63,964 bases of DNA, filler included, from Chiloscyllium plagiosum (GCF_004010195.1; 5 parts of one record of this genome joined end to end with filler, not necessarily neighbours in it); one strand, 5' to 3'. Positions 1 through 11,719 are shown, numbered from the whole stretch's first letter. Made by a program: numbers and translations. Notes: generated by a model from the letters alone, not told the origin.

Positions 1-2356
1 TACCTCATTTTTTTCTCTGCGTATTTCCTTCTTAGTAATCCTCTGTTGTTCTTTAAAAGCTTCCCAGTTCTCCGTTTTCCCACTCATCTTTGCTATGTTA
101 TACTTTTTCTCTTTTGACTTTATATGGTTCTTAACTTCCCTCGTCAGCAACGGCCACCCATGCCTCCTCATAGGATCTTTCTTCCTTTTTGGAATGAACT
201 GATCCTGCATCTTCTGCATTATACTCAGAAATATCTGCCATTGTTCCTCCACTGTCATCCCTGCTAAGGTATTGCACCATTGAACTTTGGCCAGCTCCTT
301 CCTCATAGCTCCATAGTTCCCTTTATTCAACAGAAATATTGTCACTACCGATTGTAACCTCTCCCTTTCAAATTGCAGATTGAAGGTTATTGTATTATGG
401 TCACTACCTCCTAATGGCTCCTTCACTTCGAGGTCCCTGATCAATTCTGGTTCGTTGCACAATACCAGATCCAGAATTGCCTTTTCCCTGGTAGGTTCCA
501 GCACCTGCTGTTCTAACAATCCACGTCGGAGGCACTCCACAAAGTCTCTTTGTTCAGGCCCAATACCATCCTGATTCTCCCAGTCGACCTGCATGTTGAA
601 ATCCCCCATAACAACTGCAGTGACATCTTTGCGACTGGCCAATTTCAACTCATTATTCAACTTACACACTACATCCATTCTACTGTTTGGGGGCCTGTAG
701 TTAACACCTAGGAGGGTCTTTCTACCCTTAGAATTTCTCAACTGTATCCATACTGACTCTACATCCCTTGATTCTAGGTCCCCCCGCGCAAGGGAATGAA
801 TATCATCCCTTACCAACAGGGCCAACCAACCCCCTCTGCCCGTCAGCCTCTCCTTACGATAGCACGTATAGCCTTGAATATTCATTTCCCAGGCCCTGTC
901 CGATTGAAGCCACGTCTCAGTTTTCCCCACAATATCGTAGCTGCCAATTTCCAAAAGAGCCTCAAACTCATCCATCTTATTTCTAATACTTCGTGCATTC
1001 ATATATAGTATTTTTAATTTGTTACTGCCCTCACCCTTCCTATCAACCCCTATTTCACTCAACGTTACGGCATGATACCTTTTTGAGTTTTCTGTTTCAT
1101 TGATACCGTTGACTTTCTTGACTTCTCTTGTTCTAACTTTCCCTTCAATTTCCATCTTAAACCTCCCCCCACTATTGAATTTAAATGTAGCTGTGTTGCA
1201 GTAGCAAACCTGCCTGCCAGAATGCTGGTCCTCAACCGATTAAGGGACAAACCGTCTCTTTTGTATAATTTATGCTTACCACAAAACATAGTCTAGTGAT
1301 TCAAAAATTTAAATCCTCCCTTCCTGCACCATTTCCCCAGCCACACGTTCAAGTCCATTATCTCCCTGTTTCTGGCCTCACCAGCCCGAGGAACTGGAAG
1401 CAAACCATAGATAACCACCCTGGACGTCCTGCTTTTCAGCCTTCTTCCTCGTTCTCCGAAGTCCTGTTGTTGTATGTTCCTCCTCTTCTTCCCGACATCA
1501 TTTGTGCCGACCTGTACCACCATCTCTGGCTCTTCACCTTCGCCCTTGAGGATTTCCTACACTCTGTCTGCGATGTCCTTAATCCTGGCAACAGGAAGGC
1601 AACACCCCATTCTCAAATCCTGCCTGTTGGCTCAGAAACCCCGTTCAGTTCCTCTCACTATGTAGTCCCCTATCACCACTGCTCTGTGCGATGTCTAACT
1701 CCTCAGCTCTGCCTCCACGCTAACCTTTGGTTGACAGACCCGACCGCCTCGCGGACTGGCAGTGTCATCTGTCGGTGTAATAACCTCGCTGAAGGCCCTG
1801 TCCAGAAAGGTCTCGTTCTCTCGGATGAGCCTAACGTCCTCGAATTCTTTCTTCAGTACTGCGATATGGTCTGTCAGTAGCTGAACGTGCACACACTTTC
1901 CACACATATATGAGCCAGACACACCAGAGTGGTGGACCTCCCACATCATGCACGTAGCACACTGAACCAGCTGGGCAGTCATCTCTTCACACTCTTCAAC
2001 AGTAGCCTAATCACTTCACTCAACCTCCTTGGCGAAGACTCCTGAGCTAAAGAATCGCACTTCTCTCAACAGGAACTTCCCTGGACTCTCTTTTTGGGGC
2101 AAGTCTGTGGAGTTTGAAGTTAGGTTAGAGGAGGAGGGTGGGAAGGAGGCCCTACTTTGTAGAACCGGGGGTCCAGAACACACCCTCTCAAATAATAATC
2201 ACTCACCTTCCCAACCGGCTCTGCGCTCCGACTTCACTTCCGCCCAGCGCCTGCTGCTCTCTGCTAGAAAAAGACCATTGCCGTCGAGGTAAGTTCTTAA
2301 ATAACAATCACTTACCTTGCCAACCGGCTCTGCGCTCCGACTTCACTTCTGCCCAG
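1..2356 (-). mobile_element. CR1-clade LINE, 5' half (5'UTR, ORF1, start of ORF2 APE endonuclease); degenerate, runs off the window start
   Basis: ORF 1695-1982 has a CxxC...CxxC zinc finger plus leucine zipper (VQCATCMMWE...YMCGKCVHVQLLTDHIAVLKKE). ORF 1293-1523 has an SGNH esterase motif (VVQVGTNDVG...VIYGLLPVPR). Bases 1-1020 resemble the APE endonuclease region. Stops and frameshifts are present. Confidence 0.9.
2190..2356. repeat. Two ~58-bp direct repeats (period 109) in the CR1 5' region
   Basis: aaataataatcactcaccttcccaaccggctctgcgctccgacttcacttccgcccag at 2190-2247, with a near-identical copy at 2299-2356 that ends at an N gap. Confidence 0.9.
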
Positions 2357-2393
2357 NNNNNNNNNNNNNNNNNNNNNNNNNNNNNNNNNNNNN

Positions 2394-2482
2394 TAATGAG
2401 ACAATCCTGCAGGATTTAAAATAAAGATCCTTTCTTTGCTCTTGCTAAGAATTGAGTCAAGTCGATTTAAATTTTTACGGCA
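2394..2482 (+). repeat. 3' end (R/U5) of the ERV 5' LTR; the rest is lost in the gap
   Basis: aataaa...ttgctcttgctaa...gtcaagtcgatttaa...ca aligns with 6781-6852 and ends in CA just before the PBS. Confidence 0.85.
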
Positions 2483-2489
2483 GTAAACT

Positions 2490-2507
2490 TGGGGACTCGT
2501 CCCGGGA
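2490..2507 (+). promoter_or_regulatory. Primer-binding site complementary to the tRNA-Pro 3' end
   Basis: TGGGGACTCGTCCCGGGA versus the canonical Pro PBS TGGGGGCTCGTCCGGGAT, 7 nt after the LTR-terminal CA. Confidence 0.85.
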
Positions 2508-3059
2508 CCCCGTGACAGGGTGAGATTCTGAAGATTACCAGGAGGCACAGGCGCCAGCGCCTGAAAGGTCTTTCATTTCATCTCGGCGCTGAATTGGCCC
2601 TTTTCCGTGAGAGGACTGGGAATCTGTGTATCTCCCGGCGCCCGGGGTTCAAATCAAATAGGCTTAGGGTAAGAGTCATGGCTTAAGTAATCCTACATAG
2701 AGACATATTCTAAGAGAATAAATACAGCTGGAAGAGGGTTCAGTTAAATCTCGCGTGGTGTTAGAGCAAAACCCCAGGGAAGGGGATTGCCGTCCCTGGG
2801 GTATTTAGGAAAGAGGAAGTTTAAGTGTAATTTTAGACTTTGAACCACCACTGGCTGAGTTGGACTCGCCAAAGACGTACCGGGTATGTGGTTTCTTAGC
2901 TTACGAAAACCAAGGCATTGAGGCGGACGCGGCCAATGCGAGAGGGGACATCCAGACGGAAAAAGCAAGTAAAAGGGAAAAGATATCGGTACCGCGAGAG
3001 AGACAGAGCTGAACACTTTTCCAATTGTACTAAAAATGAGCTCCGTCAAGAGCAAACAA

Positions 3060-4075
3060 AGGGACAGTCCACACAGGACTTGGAATGACCATCCAAAAAT
3101 GCAATACATGTGAAATAATTATCGTCCAGAGTCTGTAAAGCAGCTAGATTTGTGGTGAAGGAATGTGGTTTTCTGGGGGGAGGGAAGACAGCTAGAAATA
3201 TTGAGGTCGAGCTTGGAGGAGAGAGAGAATGAGAAAAGGAAGGGGAAAACCTGTGAATTGGAGTGCTCATAACATGTGGAAGGCTGAGGCTGATATCAGG
3301 ATATTTCAAGTAAAAGATAGATCAAATGCATGCACAAACACCAGCGCACATGCAGACGCGAGCGGAAAACAACCTAACGAAGCTGTACAGTGTCGTAAGT
3401 CTGTTTGAGATCCTGACATTGATGACTACCCTCCGAGATCTACAGCCCCCCACTTCGAGATCCGCCTGGCGCAAGTTCCACGTCAGCGGCCGCCGCCTCA
3501 GCGTCTGCTGGATCACCGATAGCACACCATACCCGCAACTAACTGAAGCAAGAAGCCCAAAATATGGACGACCACTCTCAGATGGAAAGGCATCCAAGGC
3601 CTGTTCGAGATCAATCTCCATCGGATGATGAGTCAGACAGTGAGGGTGAGGGTACTGGCGCACGATCATCTAATCAAGTAGTTCTGCAAGCCCCAATGGT
3701 TGAAGCTGCAGGTCCCGAAGGGTATCCAGTGTTGGTACACCGTCCATGGACCATGAAGGATCTGGAAACTGTCTATGGGCAGTTGCCTGGCCCACGTGAG
3801 GTTGTAAACAATACGTTTGCTGAAGAAGTGGCAAAGTGGACATGACCAAAATAGCAATGTGCAAACAAAGGGAAGGTGAGGCCGTGTCCCAGTACCTTAC
3901 GAGCCTAACTGACGTCCGTAATGCCCATAGTGGACTCAGACAATCCGACGACATAACGACAGCAGAAATCCCATCATCTGAGGCACACCTGAGGAACAGC
4001 TTCATCAATGGAATAAAGGACGAAATAGCAAAAATTTAAAAGACACATGTATTATCTGGGACTCCGCAAAACTGA
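3060..4075 (+). pseudogene. gag: ERV gag remnant (MA/CA), disrupted; the NC region appears deleted
   Basis: LQAPMVEAAGPEGYPVLVHRPWTMKDL (capsid N-terminus-like), CKQREGEAVSQYLTSL (major homology region-like), HLRNSFINGIKDEI and TCIIWDSAKL. Several frameshifts and stops. Confidence 0.8.
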
Positions 4076-4163
4076 ATTTTACGGACTTGCAGGTAATTCA
4101 AAGGAAAGAGTTACCAGTGCACGCTGTAAAATGTGACCCACGACCCCAGATGTATGTCTATGA

Positions 4164-4500
4164 GTGGCGATTAAGCCAGAGAGCAATAAGTTCAGTGAGG
4201 ATTCACTCACCGTGGAAGCAAGCAAACATGTAAATGCTATTTTAGCCGATTTTCTTGCTGGAGATTTGCTGCACTGCAAAGCACACATAGACCGCAATGG
4301 CCTGACAAAACATATGAGAAGGATTGCTTCAGAAGGTTGGTTAAACCAGCTCACTTGTCATTTTGCGAATTTTATTGTAGTGATCACAGATGTGCAGTCA
4401 GTGTAAACTTCTCTAAGGTATCTGTAACAGCAAGCAGATGTGGAATGCTCCGCTCCTCACGTGTCACTGGCGAAGGCGTCTGGTGACAGGTGGCAGGACT
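4164..4500 (+). pseudogene. Putative 2H phosphoesterase (LigT-like) domain of the ERV pol
   Basis: Two His motifs lie in the same frame 62 codons apart: LHCKA (His at 4272; one base change from HCTA) and PHVSL (His at 4458). Stop codons lie between them. Confidence 0.6.
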
Positions 4501-5440
4501 GTGTTATCTGTGCCACTAATAATGTGGGGAGCAGAATACAGATGAGTCAGGCAGCTAATCCCCACCCCCAAAAACTCTTTGAACATTTGCAGATGGAATT
4601 TGTTGAACTAATGCCAAGCGAATGGAAAATGTATTGTCTGGTAATAGTTGATATGTTTTCCAAATGGATGGAAGCGTTCCCCACGTCTAAACAGGATGCC
4701 AGTGCAGTAGCCAAAACTTTGCTAACTGAGATAATTCCGAGATGGGGCATCCCTGAAAGGCTTAGTTGTCACAATGGGAACACAATTTGTCAATGATGCC
4801 TTACAGTAGATCAGTGATGAACACAATTTGTCAATGATGCCTTACAGTAGATCAGTGATTATTTGGGAATAAACATGAGACAACACTGTGACTACCACCC
4901 AGCAAGCAGTGGGGCAGTGGAAAGAAAAAATGCTCTCCTAAAAATAAATTGACAAAATGTTGGAAGGAGCCAGGGATGGATTGGTCAAAGGCTCTACTGA
5001 TTGTGGTAATTTATATGAGATCCAGGAGGAGAGGAAGAGCTAATCGTAGCCCGTTTGAGATTTTGTTTGGTATTTCATCCAACATAGGAATTGGCCCAAG
5101 ACATAAGGTAAGATAGATAACAAGCCATTGTGAGGATTAGATGTTGTGTTACTGTATAACACTCACTGTACGTATGTCTCAAATATAGAACCAAGTGAAA
5201 GCAGCACTTCCCCTAACAGCAGGAGGGAAGCTGCATGATCCAGAACCTGGAGACTGGATACTAGTGTAAGACGTCAGGAGGAAAAACTGGGAGGCGAAGG
5301 GTTGTCTGGGACCATTTCAAGTGCTCCTTGCAACACATGCAGCAGTTAAGATTGCAGAAAGAGCCACATGGATACACGCCAGCCATTGCAAGCGTGTTGC
5401 TGAGCCTGAGGAGACGTCGGACAGCACAGGAACCAACTAA
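4497..5440 (+). pseudogene. pol: ERV integrase, disrupted
   Basis: CVIC zinc-finger half, FEHLQMEFVEL...YCLVIVDMFSKWMEAFP...IIPRWGIPERLS, HPASSGAVER, PFEILFG and the C-terminal GPFQVLL...WIHASHCK. Confidence 0.93.
4778..4859 (+). repeat. 41-bp tandem duplication inside the integrase core
   Basis: gaacacaatttgtcaatgatgccttacagtagatcagtgat occurs twice in tandem. Confidence 0.95.
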
Positions 5441-5532
5441 GTGCAAAAAGTGATTAGAAGCCTCATGCCAATCTGGGGCTGCCTCAGCTCACACTTTTAG
5501 TAAGCGCCCTGTTAGGACTATTCGTAAGGACA

Positions 5533-6322
5533 GTGGCATTTGGGATACAGACGCAGATGGTAATCTTAACTGAATGTACTATGGGGACGACTAATCAAGA
5601 CGGCTGTAAATGGGATAATAAATATTTATTCATGGATTCTTGCAGCGCCGGTGACTGGCAATTAGTAGTTGCCACTACGGCCCAAGGGACACCTGACACG
5701 GGAAATAGAAATTCTATGATCAAGGTAGGGGGTGCCAGGGCACGGGTGGTAATATCCAAGAAGAACAATGAGGGAGCCTGGTCGTGAGAAATAAATGTTA
5801 AGTACCTCATGCTGTTTTAATATTCATGATGTGTCCCAAAATATCACTAGTGTAATACATTATATGTAGGCAACAATACAATCGCCTGCCCCCGCAAATG
5901 ACTCTTAGTTCCGATGGGTCATCTCTCTTTTGGGAAGATGGGAGTATTAGATCCTACATGTCCTACGAGTTGTAAGATTAGTCTTACTCATAGGGTTGTG
6001 TATAGGACCCTGCTTGTGTGTCTGCCTACGCCGCTTGCTTCTGAGGGCAGTATGATACCAAATGGTAAAATTATCAGTTGGCCCTACGGCAGGAAGATCC
6101 GATTGTTTGGACCCCACCCTACCATGACGTTGACGAGAGCGACGTGTGAACATGGGTTGTGTACAGTGCACACCAAAGCAAGTGATAATACCACCATAAA
6201 GCTGTGTTACGGGTAAGTCGTGTCTGAGGAAATGCCTGGTGTTCCGTCAGCATTTTCTGATGTATAGCTTTCCTGGCTGTTTTCTTTTTTTGTTTTGTTG
6301 CCGTAGTTGTCCCAAAAATGAC
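5533..6322 (+). pseudogene. Remnant of env or an accessory ORF between integrase and PPT
   Basis: Position in the provirus, plus short Cys/Trp-containing ORFs at 5533-5787 and 5914-6216. No CX6CC or clear immunosuppressive motif recognised. Confidence 0.4.
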
Positions 6323-6336
6323 AAAAAGGAGGAAAA

Positions 6337-6852
6337 TGTAATGGAAAATGAAGAAATTTGGCATTTACGGTGAAATTTGAAAGGAAATGCTTTTCTAAAA
6401 TTCAATGCTGTGCTGAAATTTGTAAACAATATTTAGCTGAGACTTGCAGCCAGCTTATCTCTGTGCGAACTTTGGAAACATTCAACTTGACCTTGCGAAA
6501 GTCGAATTAGGTGAAAGCTGAAGAGCTGTTATGTCCAAGATCCGGGGATGAGAGAAAGATCGGGTGTGGGTTATTGAATTGACAACAGGGTCAGTGTGAG
6601 ATGGGGTGCAGGTTCCAATGGAGGGACGAGGGTGTGTGTGAGTTGTGCTGTATGTTCTCAGTATTTTACCAGCCTTTGCCCTTGAGAGCATGATAAGAAA
6701 CAATACAAGACAGGTATCTGAATTATGATCAGGTACCCCCTGCTTTGAGGCATCCGGCTGAATGCATTGGGTCAAATTTTGTAGAATTTAAATAAAGCTC
6801 CGATCCTTGCTCTTGCTAACAGTTGTGTCAAGTCGATTTAATTTCCACAACA
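6337..6852 (+). repeat. ERV 3' LTR (~516 bp), preceded by a polypurine tract at 6323-6336
   Basis: PPT aaaaaggaggaaaa, then TGTAATGGAAA...TTTCCACAACA terminal inverted repeat. AATAAA near 6791. The 3' end is homologous to 2410-2482. Confidence 0.9.
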
Positions 6853-7830
6853 CACATAACGTGTCCCCAATATACAAACCAACACCCTTTCTCACACTCA
6901 CCCTGTTCATAACACAATGACTTGCATTCCATCTCACACACATGCTATCCATAATGTAATGATCTGCACTTCATCGCAAATACATCATATTCCCAATGTA
7001 ATAACGCACCGCCCATTTCACGTGCACGCCATGCCACAAACACTGAAACTCCGTTCCAAGCATATCATGTCTCCAATAGAACAGACAGCGCTCCACCTCG
7101 CACACAATCTGTCCTTAACACAAACGGCTAAACCCCATCTCACAGACACCATTCCACGATATAGAAAACTGCAAAATATCTCGCACTGAGCCTGTCCCCA
7201 TAGAGTAATCTTTTCCCTAACTCGCACAATCCCAGTCCGCTACACAGAAACATACAGCACAACTCTCACATACTCTCTTCCCTCCACAGGAACATGCACC
7301 CTGTCTCACACCTAGCCCGTACTCAATTCAATCAGCCACACCCGATATTTCATACACCGTGTTCTGTATGAAGACACCTCCCACACGATAACATATATTG
7401 GCTATACTAAAATAACACACACATCAGCTTAGATATACAAAATCCCTCAATTCGTCACAATCTGACCTTGCCCCAACAGAATAAAACATTACACAACTTA
7501 CACATTCACCTTGTTCACAACAGAATAACTGACACGCCCGTTTTCAACAAAGAACTCCATCCTGGATATTGTCCATTTGCTTCCAATTTGTGTCCATCAT
7601 CTTTAATGATGCTCCTCCATTCAAATGGTTACGCACTCAGTGCTTTTTATTTCCAAGATTATTATTCCGAGTTACATTTGTCAGCACAGATATCAATTCA
7701 CACGTTTCTGATTGAAATATCATTGGCTCTTGTCTGTGTATTCCACCAATTTCTTCATGCCCTTTTGACATTTGACTCTGCTTCGCCCACACTTCACAAT
7801 AAATCCTATTCTCTTCTTGCCCGCCGAATT

Positions 7831-8047
7831 CCTGTCACTGACTGAGGTCCAATTCTGCTCACTGAGAGACGGTATATCACTATCAATCACTTCTGTTGAA
7901 TCCCTGACACTGATTGAGGTTCAATCACTGTCAATGTTTGACGTTCAATCCCTGTCACTAACTGTGATTCAATCTCTGTCACTGACTGAGGTTCAGTCCC
8001 TGTCACTGACTTAAACACATTCTGTGGCACTGACTGAGATTTAATCC
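7831..8047. repeat. Degenerate 24-bp minisatellite, about 9 units
   Basis: Consensus cctgtcactgactgaggttcaatc. It explains the repetitive SLTEVQSL pseudo-ORF. Confidence 0.85.
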
Positions 8048-8529
8048 TGCATATCAAGGAAATTACTATTCCTATGCTTTCGGAAAAAGCTGCATTCTGA
8101 TCACTAACTATTGGGAAAATAATTAAATCTTTGCCGTATTCTGAAAATAGTGTTTAACATCTTTGTAGTTCGTGTCATAGGGTCGAATTTCTATCCATGC
8201 TGCTGTTGTGCACGTCATTACATTGGATCCATTCTTCAAGAGAAGTCTGACAATCCCGTTCTGAATTTCGTTTTCCCCACTTCAACATTCTGCAAAGCTA
8301 AAAACAAAAAGTACATGACAGAAATTCTTAGACAAGTTACTCAGAAGTAGCACACTCTAACTTAATAGGTCACAATTTTCCTTAAATAAAACACATTTTA
8401 ACAATTTCACTTCAAAAGCTTCTACACCGCTGAGGTTTAAACAAACGATCTGTAAGTTATTCAATCAACTTCGCACCCTTCTTTTTGAACACTCAGACAG
8501 GTTTGAATTCTCCCACCTTGTGATGGAAG

Positions 8530-9845
8530 TTGAGCGGGTTGCTGAAAAGCATAGCAGGTCAGGCAGCATCCGAAGAGCATGAGAATCGACGTTCCGAGTA
8601 TAAGCCCTTCATCAGAAATGAGGCGTGTTTGCCGAGGGTTAGTGATATATGGGAGGGAGGTGGGGTGGGTTGTGAAAGTAGCTAAGAAAGCGACGAGTGG
8701 ATAAACGTGAAGGAGGTGATAGGTCAAAGGGCGGAGTCATGGACAAGTGCAGAGGAGGATGCCGAGTCGAAGGATTGGGACTGGGACAATGTGGGGAAGG
8801 GGAAATTAGGAAGCTGTTGAATTCCACATTTGTCCCGTAAGTTGTAGGATAACAAGACAGTATATGTGACGTTCATCCTTCAGGCGTCAGCTGGTCAAGG
8901 TTTGGCGGTGGAGGAGACCCAGGTCCTGCTTTTCTTTGACGGAGTGGTTGGGGTAGTTGAAGTGTTCAGCCTTGAGAAGGTGCGGTTGTTGTGTGCGGCT
9001 GTCCCAGAGATGATGTCACAAACGATCTGCAAGAAGGCGTCCTGCCGTCCCGAAATAGAGGATCCAACAATAATGTATCGGATGCAGTAGATGATATTGT
9101 TAGAGGTACATGTGCATTTCTGACAGCTGTGGAAGGACCCCTCGGGGGCTTGAACGGAGTACGGTGGAGAAGTGTGGGAGCTGGTTTTTCATCTCCTGCA
9201 GTGGCAGGGAAAGGTGCCAGGAGCGTTGTGTGGACCTGACGAGGGAGCTGCAGAGGCAATGGTCTTTCTGGAATGCTGATAGGAGTGGGGAGGTATATAT
9301 ATCTTGGGTGGTCCGGTTCTTTTGGATTTGGCAGAAGGAGTGGAGGATGATGCGATGTATGTGAAGGTTGTTGGGGTAGAAGGTGAGCACCCGCGGTTCT
9401 GTCTTTGTTGCGTTGCGAATGGTGGGGTTCAAGGGCGGTGCTGCAACAAGAGGACGACATATGCTGTAGGGCATCGTCAACCACATGGGATGGGAGTTTG
9501 CGATCATGGAGGAAGGAGACCATCTGGAAATTTGTCAGTTATCCCAGTCCCAAGCCTCCAACTAGGCATCACCCTCTGGATCTGAACAGCACTCCCCGGT
9601 CTGACCTATCCCCTCAGTCACATTCATCCAGCTCGCCCTTTCTCACCTACCTTCTGCGTCAAACCCAATACCCTCCTATGTATCTCTCAAGCCTAGCCCA
9701 CGAGTATCATTCCTGTTGCATTGCTTATGCCTGAAACGCAGATTCTCCTACTCCTCGGATGCCACCTGACCTGCTCTGCTTTCCCAGCAATACACTCTCA
9801 ACTCTGATCTCCAGCATTTGCAGTCCACACTTTCTCCTACTATGT
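8530..9845 (-). mobile_element. Penelope-like element (Neptune-type) 3' fragment with inverted pseudo-LTRs
   Basis: RT C-terminal/GIY-YIG-like text (MVSFLHDRKLPSHVVDDALQHMSS..., FTCTSNNIIYCI-like). pLTR with hammerhead motif at 8584-8619. An inverted partial copy lies at about 9541-9840. Confidence 0.8.
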
Positions 9846-10114
9846 CTTCGAATGGGAAACTAATGTCTAAAGATTAAGTCGGAAAGTAATGAAAAATGTT
9901 TTGCTCTTTTGAAAGTCTCATGCCTTTTCTCATCAAATGCATCTCATTGGACGATCTATATTTTATTAAAGAAATGTCAGCATGCACAATTAAAAAAAAA
10001 TTACGTTTCAATGAACAACCATTCCGTGCTACTATTATTTCATGTCCGATGAAGGCAGACACAGTTGATCACTACTTTTGCAGATTTGTAATGATTGAAA
10101 AATTATTTTACACA

Positions 10115-10790
10115 GAGCATCGAAAGTACAGAACACTACAGGGCCTACGCCCTTCAGCATTGTACCCATCTTACATCTGACTCAAAGATCAAATTAAACT
10201 ACACATCCTTTATTTTAATATCATCCATGTGCACATCCAAGAAACATTAAATGTTCCAAATACATTTGACTCTACTAACACTGCTTGCACTGCATTCCAC
10301 GCACCGACCGCTCTTTGTGCAATGACCTCTGACATCTCCTCTAATCCTTTCTTCTTTGATTCTAAAATTATGCTCCCTCGTAATGAACATTTCCACCCTG
10401 AGAAATCGCCTCTGTCTATCCACTCTATTTGAGCCTCTGGTCATATTTACACTACTATCAAAAAGGCGTCATATCTTTCTTCGCTCCAGAGAAATAAACC
10501 CGAGCACCCTCATCCTATTTTTCATAAAAGATGTCCTTCATTCCAGGCAGAATCCTTTAAGATCCCCCTGCATCCTCTCCATAATTTCATCATCTTTCCT
10601 ATAATGAGGCGACCGTAACAGGCCACAATATTCCAACTGTTGTCTAACCAGCACTTAAAGAGCTACAGCATAACATTGCGGCTCTTCAACTCAATCCCAA
10701 AGCTAATGAAAGCCAACACATCATATGCCTTCTTAATAATCCAACCTACTGTGTTTGCGACTTTGAGGGATCTATGTATTTTACAGAACC
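10115..10790 (-). mobile_element. CR1 LINE 3' fragment, degenerate
   Basis: Typical CR1 ORF2 C-terminus (RVDRQRRFLRVEMFITREHNFRIK) and 3' tail. Confidence 0.8.
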
Positions 10791-11719
10791 TGTTCAAATG
10801 TCTGCTAGTAGTAACAGCTCCTTTGAGTAACTTGCTTCACTAAATGGTGCAGCTGACCTCATGGTGTAAAGCTTGTTGGAAGTTGTTCAATATGTACTTA
10901 TAATATAAAGTGGGAATGTTATTGTCGCACACCTGATTTGAACCATGTCGATGATTCACACACTTAGGGGAGTCATGGGTTCCAACTGTGAAAGCATTAG
11001 TGGTCTCTTGAGGCCACTATAAAGCATTTCTTGGTCAGTTCGGTTTTTCGTTAATGGAAACAGAAAAGATATTGACAGTTCCGGAGTATTTGCATGAATT
11101 GCGAGTGAACGTCAAAGAGTGATGAATCGATTCTCTCTTCTTGCAAATAGTTATTTCCTGATACATCTGTGGGTAATTGTTTCTTGCCACTTGGAAAGCC
11201 TTTCCAGATGTAGTAATCCAAAACGTTTAATTTTCGTTCATATTTATTTGGTGCAACTCATGTGGATGCTTAAACGACTCAAGATACCAGAGTTTCGTTT
11301 GTTCTGATGATTTTGATGCATGCTTTCCTTTATTTCTTCCTCGTAGATTCCGCAATTACATATTTGCTCACATGAAAAGAAATTCGACATATTTTAAATA
11401 TTCAAGTATTCGATCTATGTTTATTGCAATTGCTCATTACTTAGTTTTCTGTACATTGACTGAGACCTCCTCATTGCCAGCTGTTGAGATGGGACAGGAT
11501 TTCTATGATGGAGCGTTTCTTGAAGAAATATTTGTATGTTTCAAGCCGGAAAGGGGTGTCATTCGACCTTCTAATTTGGGATCGAGCCTCGAGAGATGTT
11601 TGAAGTTTCCGTTGGGCAGAAGTTGGCGAACAGTGATCATAGTCCTATAAAATTCGGGATATTTATATATCAGTATAAAACAGGTCGCCAATTGAAAGCT
11701 TAAATTGTGGGAAGGGTAA

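Larger units (their letters stand above)
2394..6852 (+). mobile_element. Defective epsilon-like (fish-type) endogenous retrovirus provirus with internal deletions
   Basis: Order: 5' LTR end, tRNA-Pro PBS, gag fragments, integrase, env-position remnant, PPT, 3' LTR. No RT or RNase H motifs are seen. Confidence 0.9.

Noticed and set aside
1272..1880. 202-aa plus-strand ORF
   Set aside because: Antisense shadow of CR1 ORF1.
7831..8047. Short repeats as a possible CRISPR array (also 34440-34770)
   Set aside because: Eukaryotic DNA, contiguous degenerate units without unique spacers, and no cas genes.
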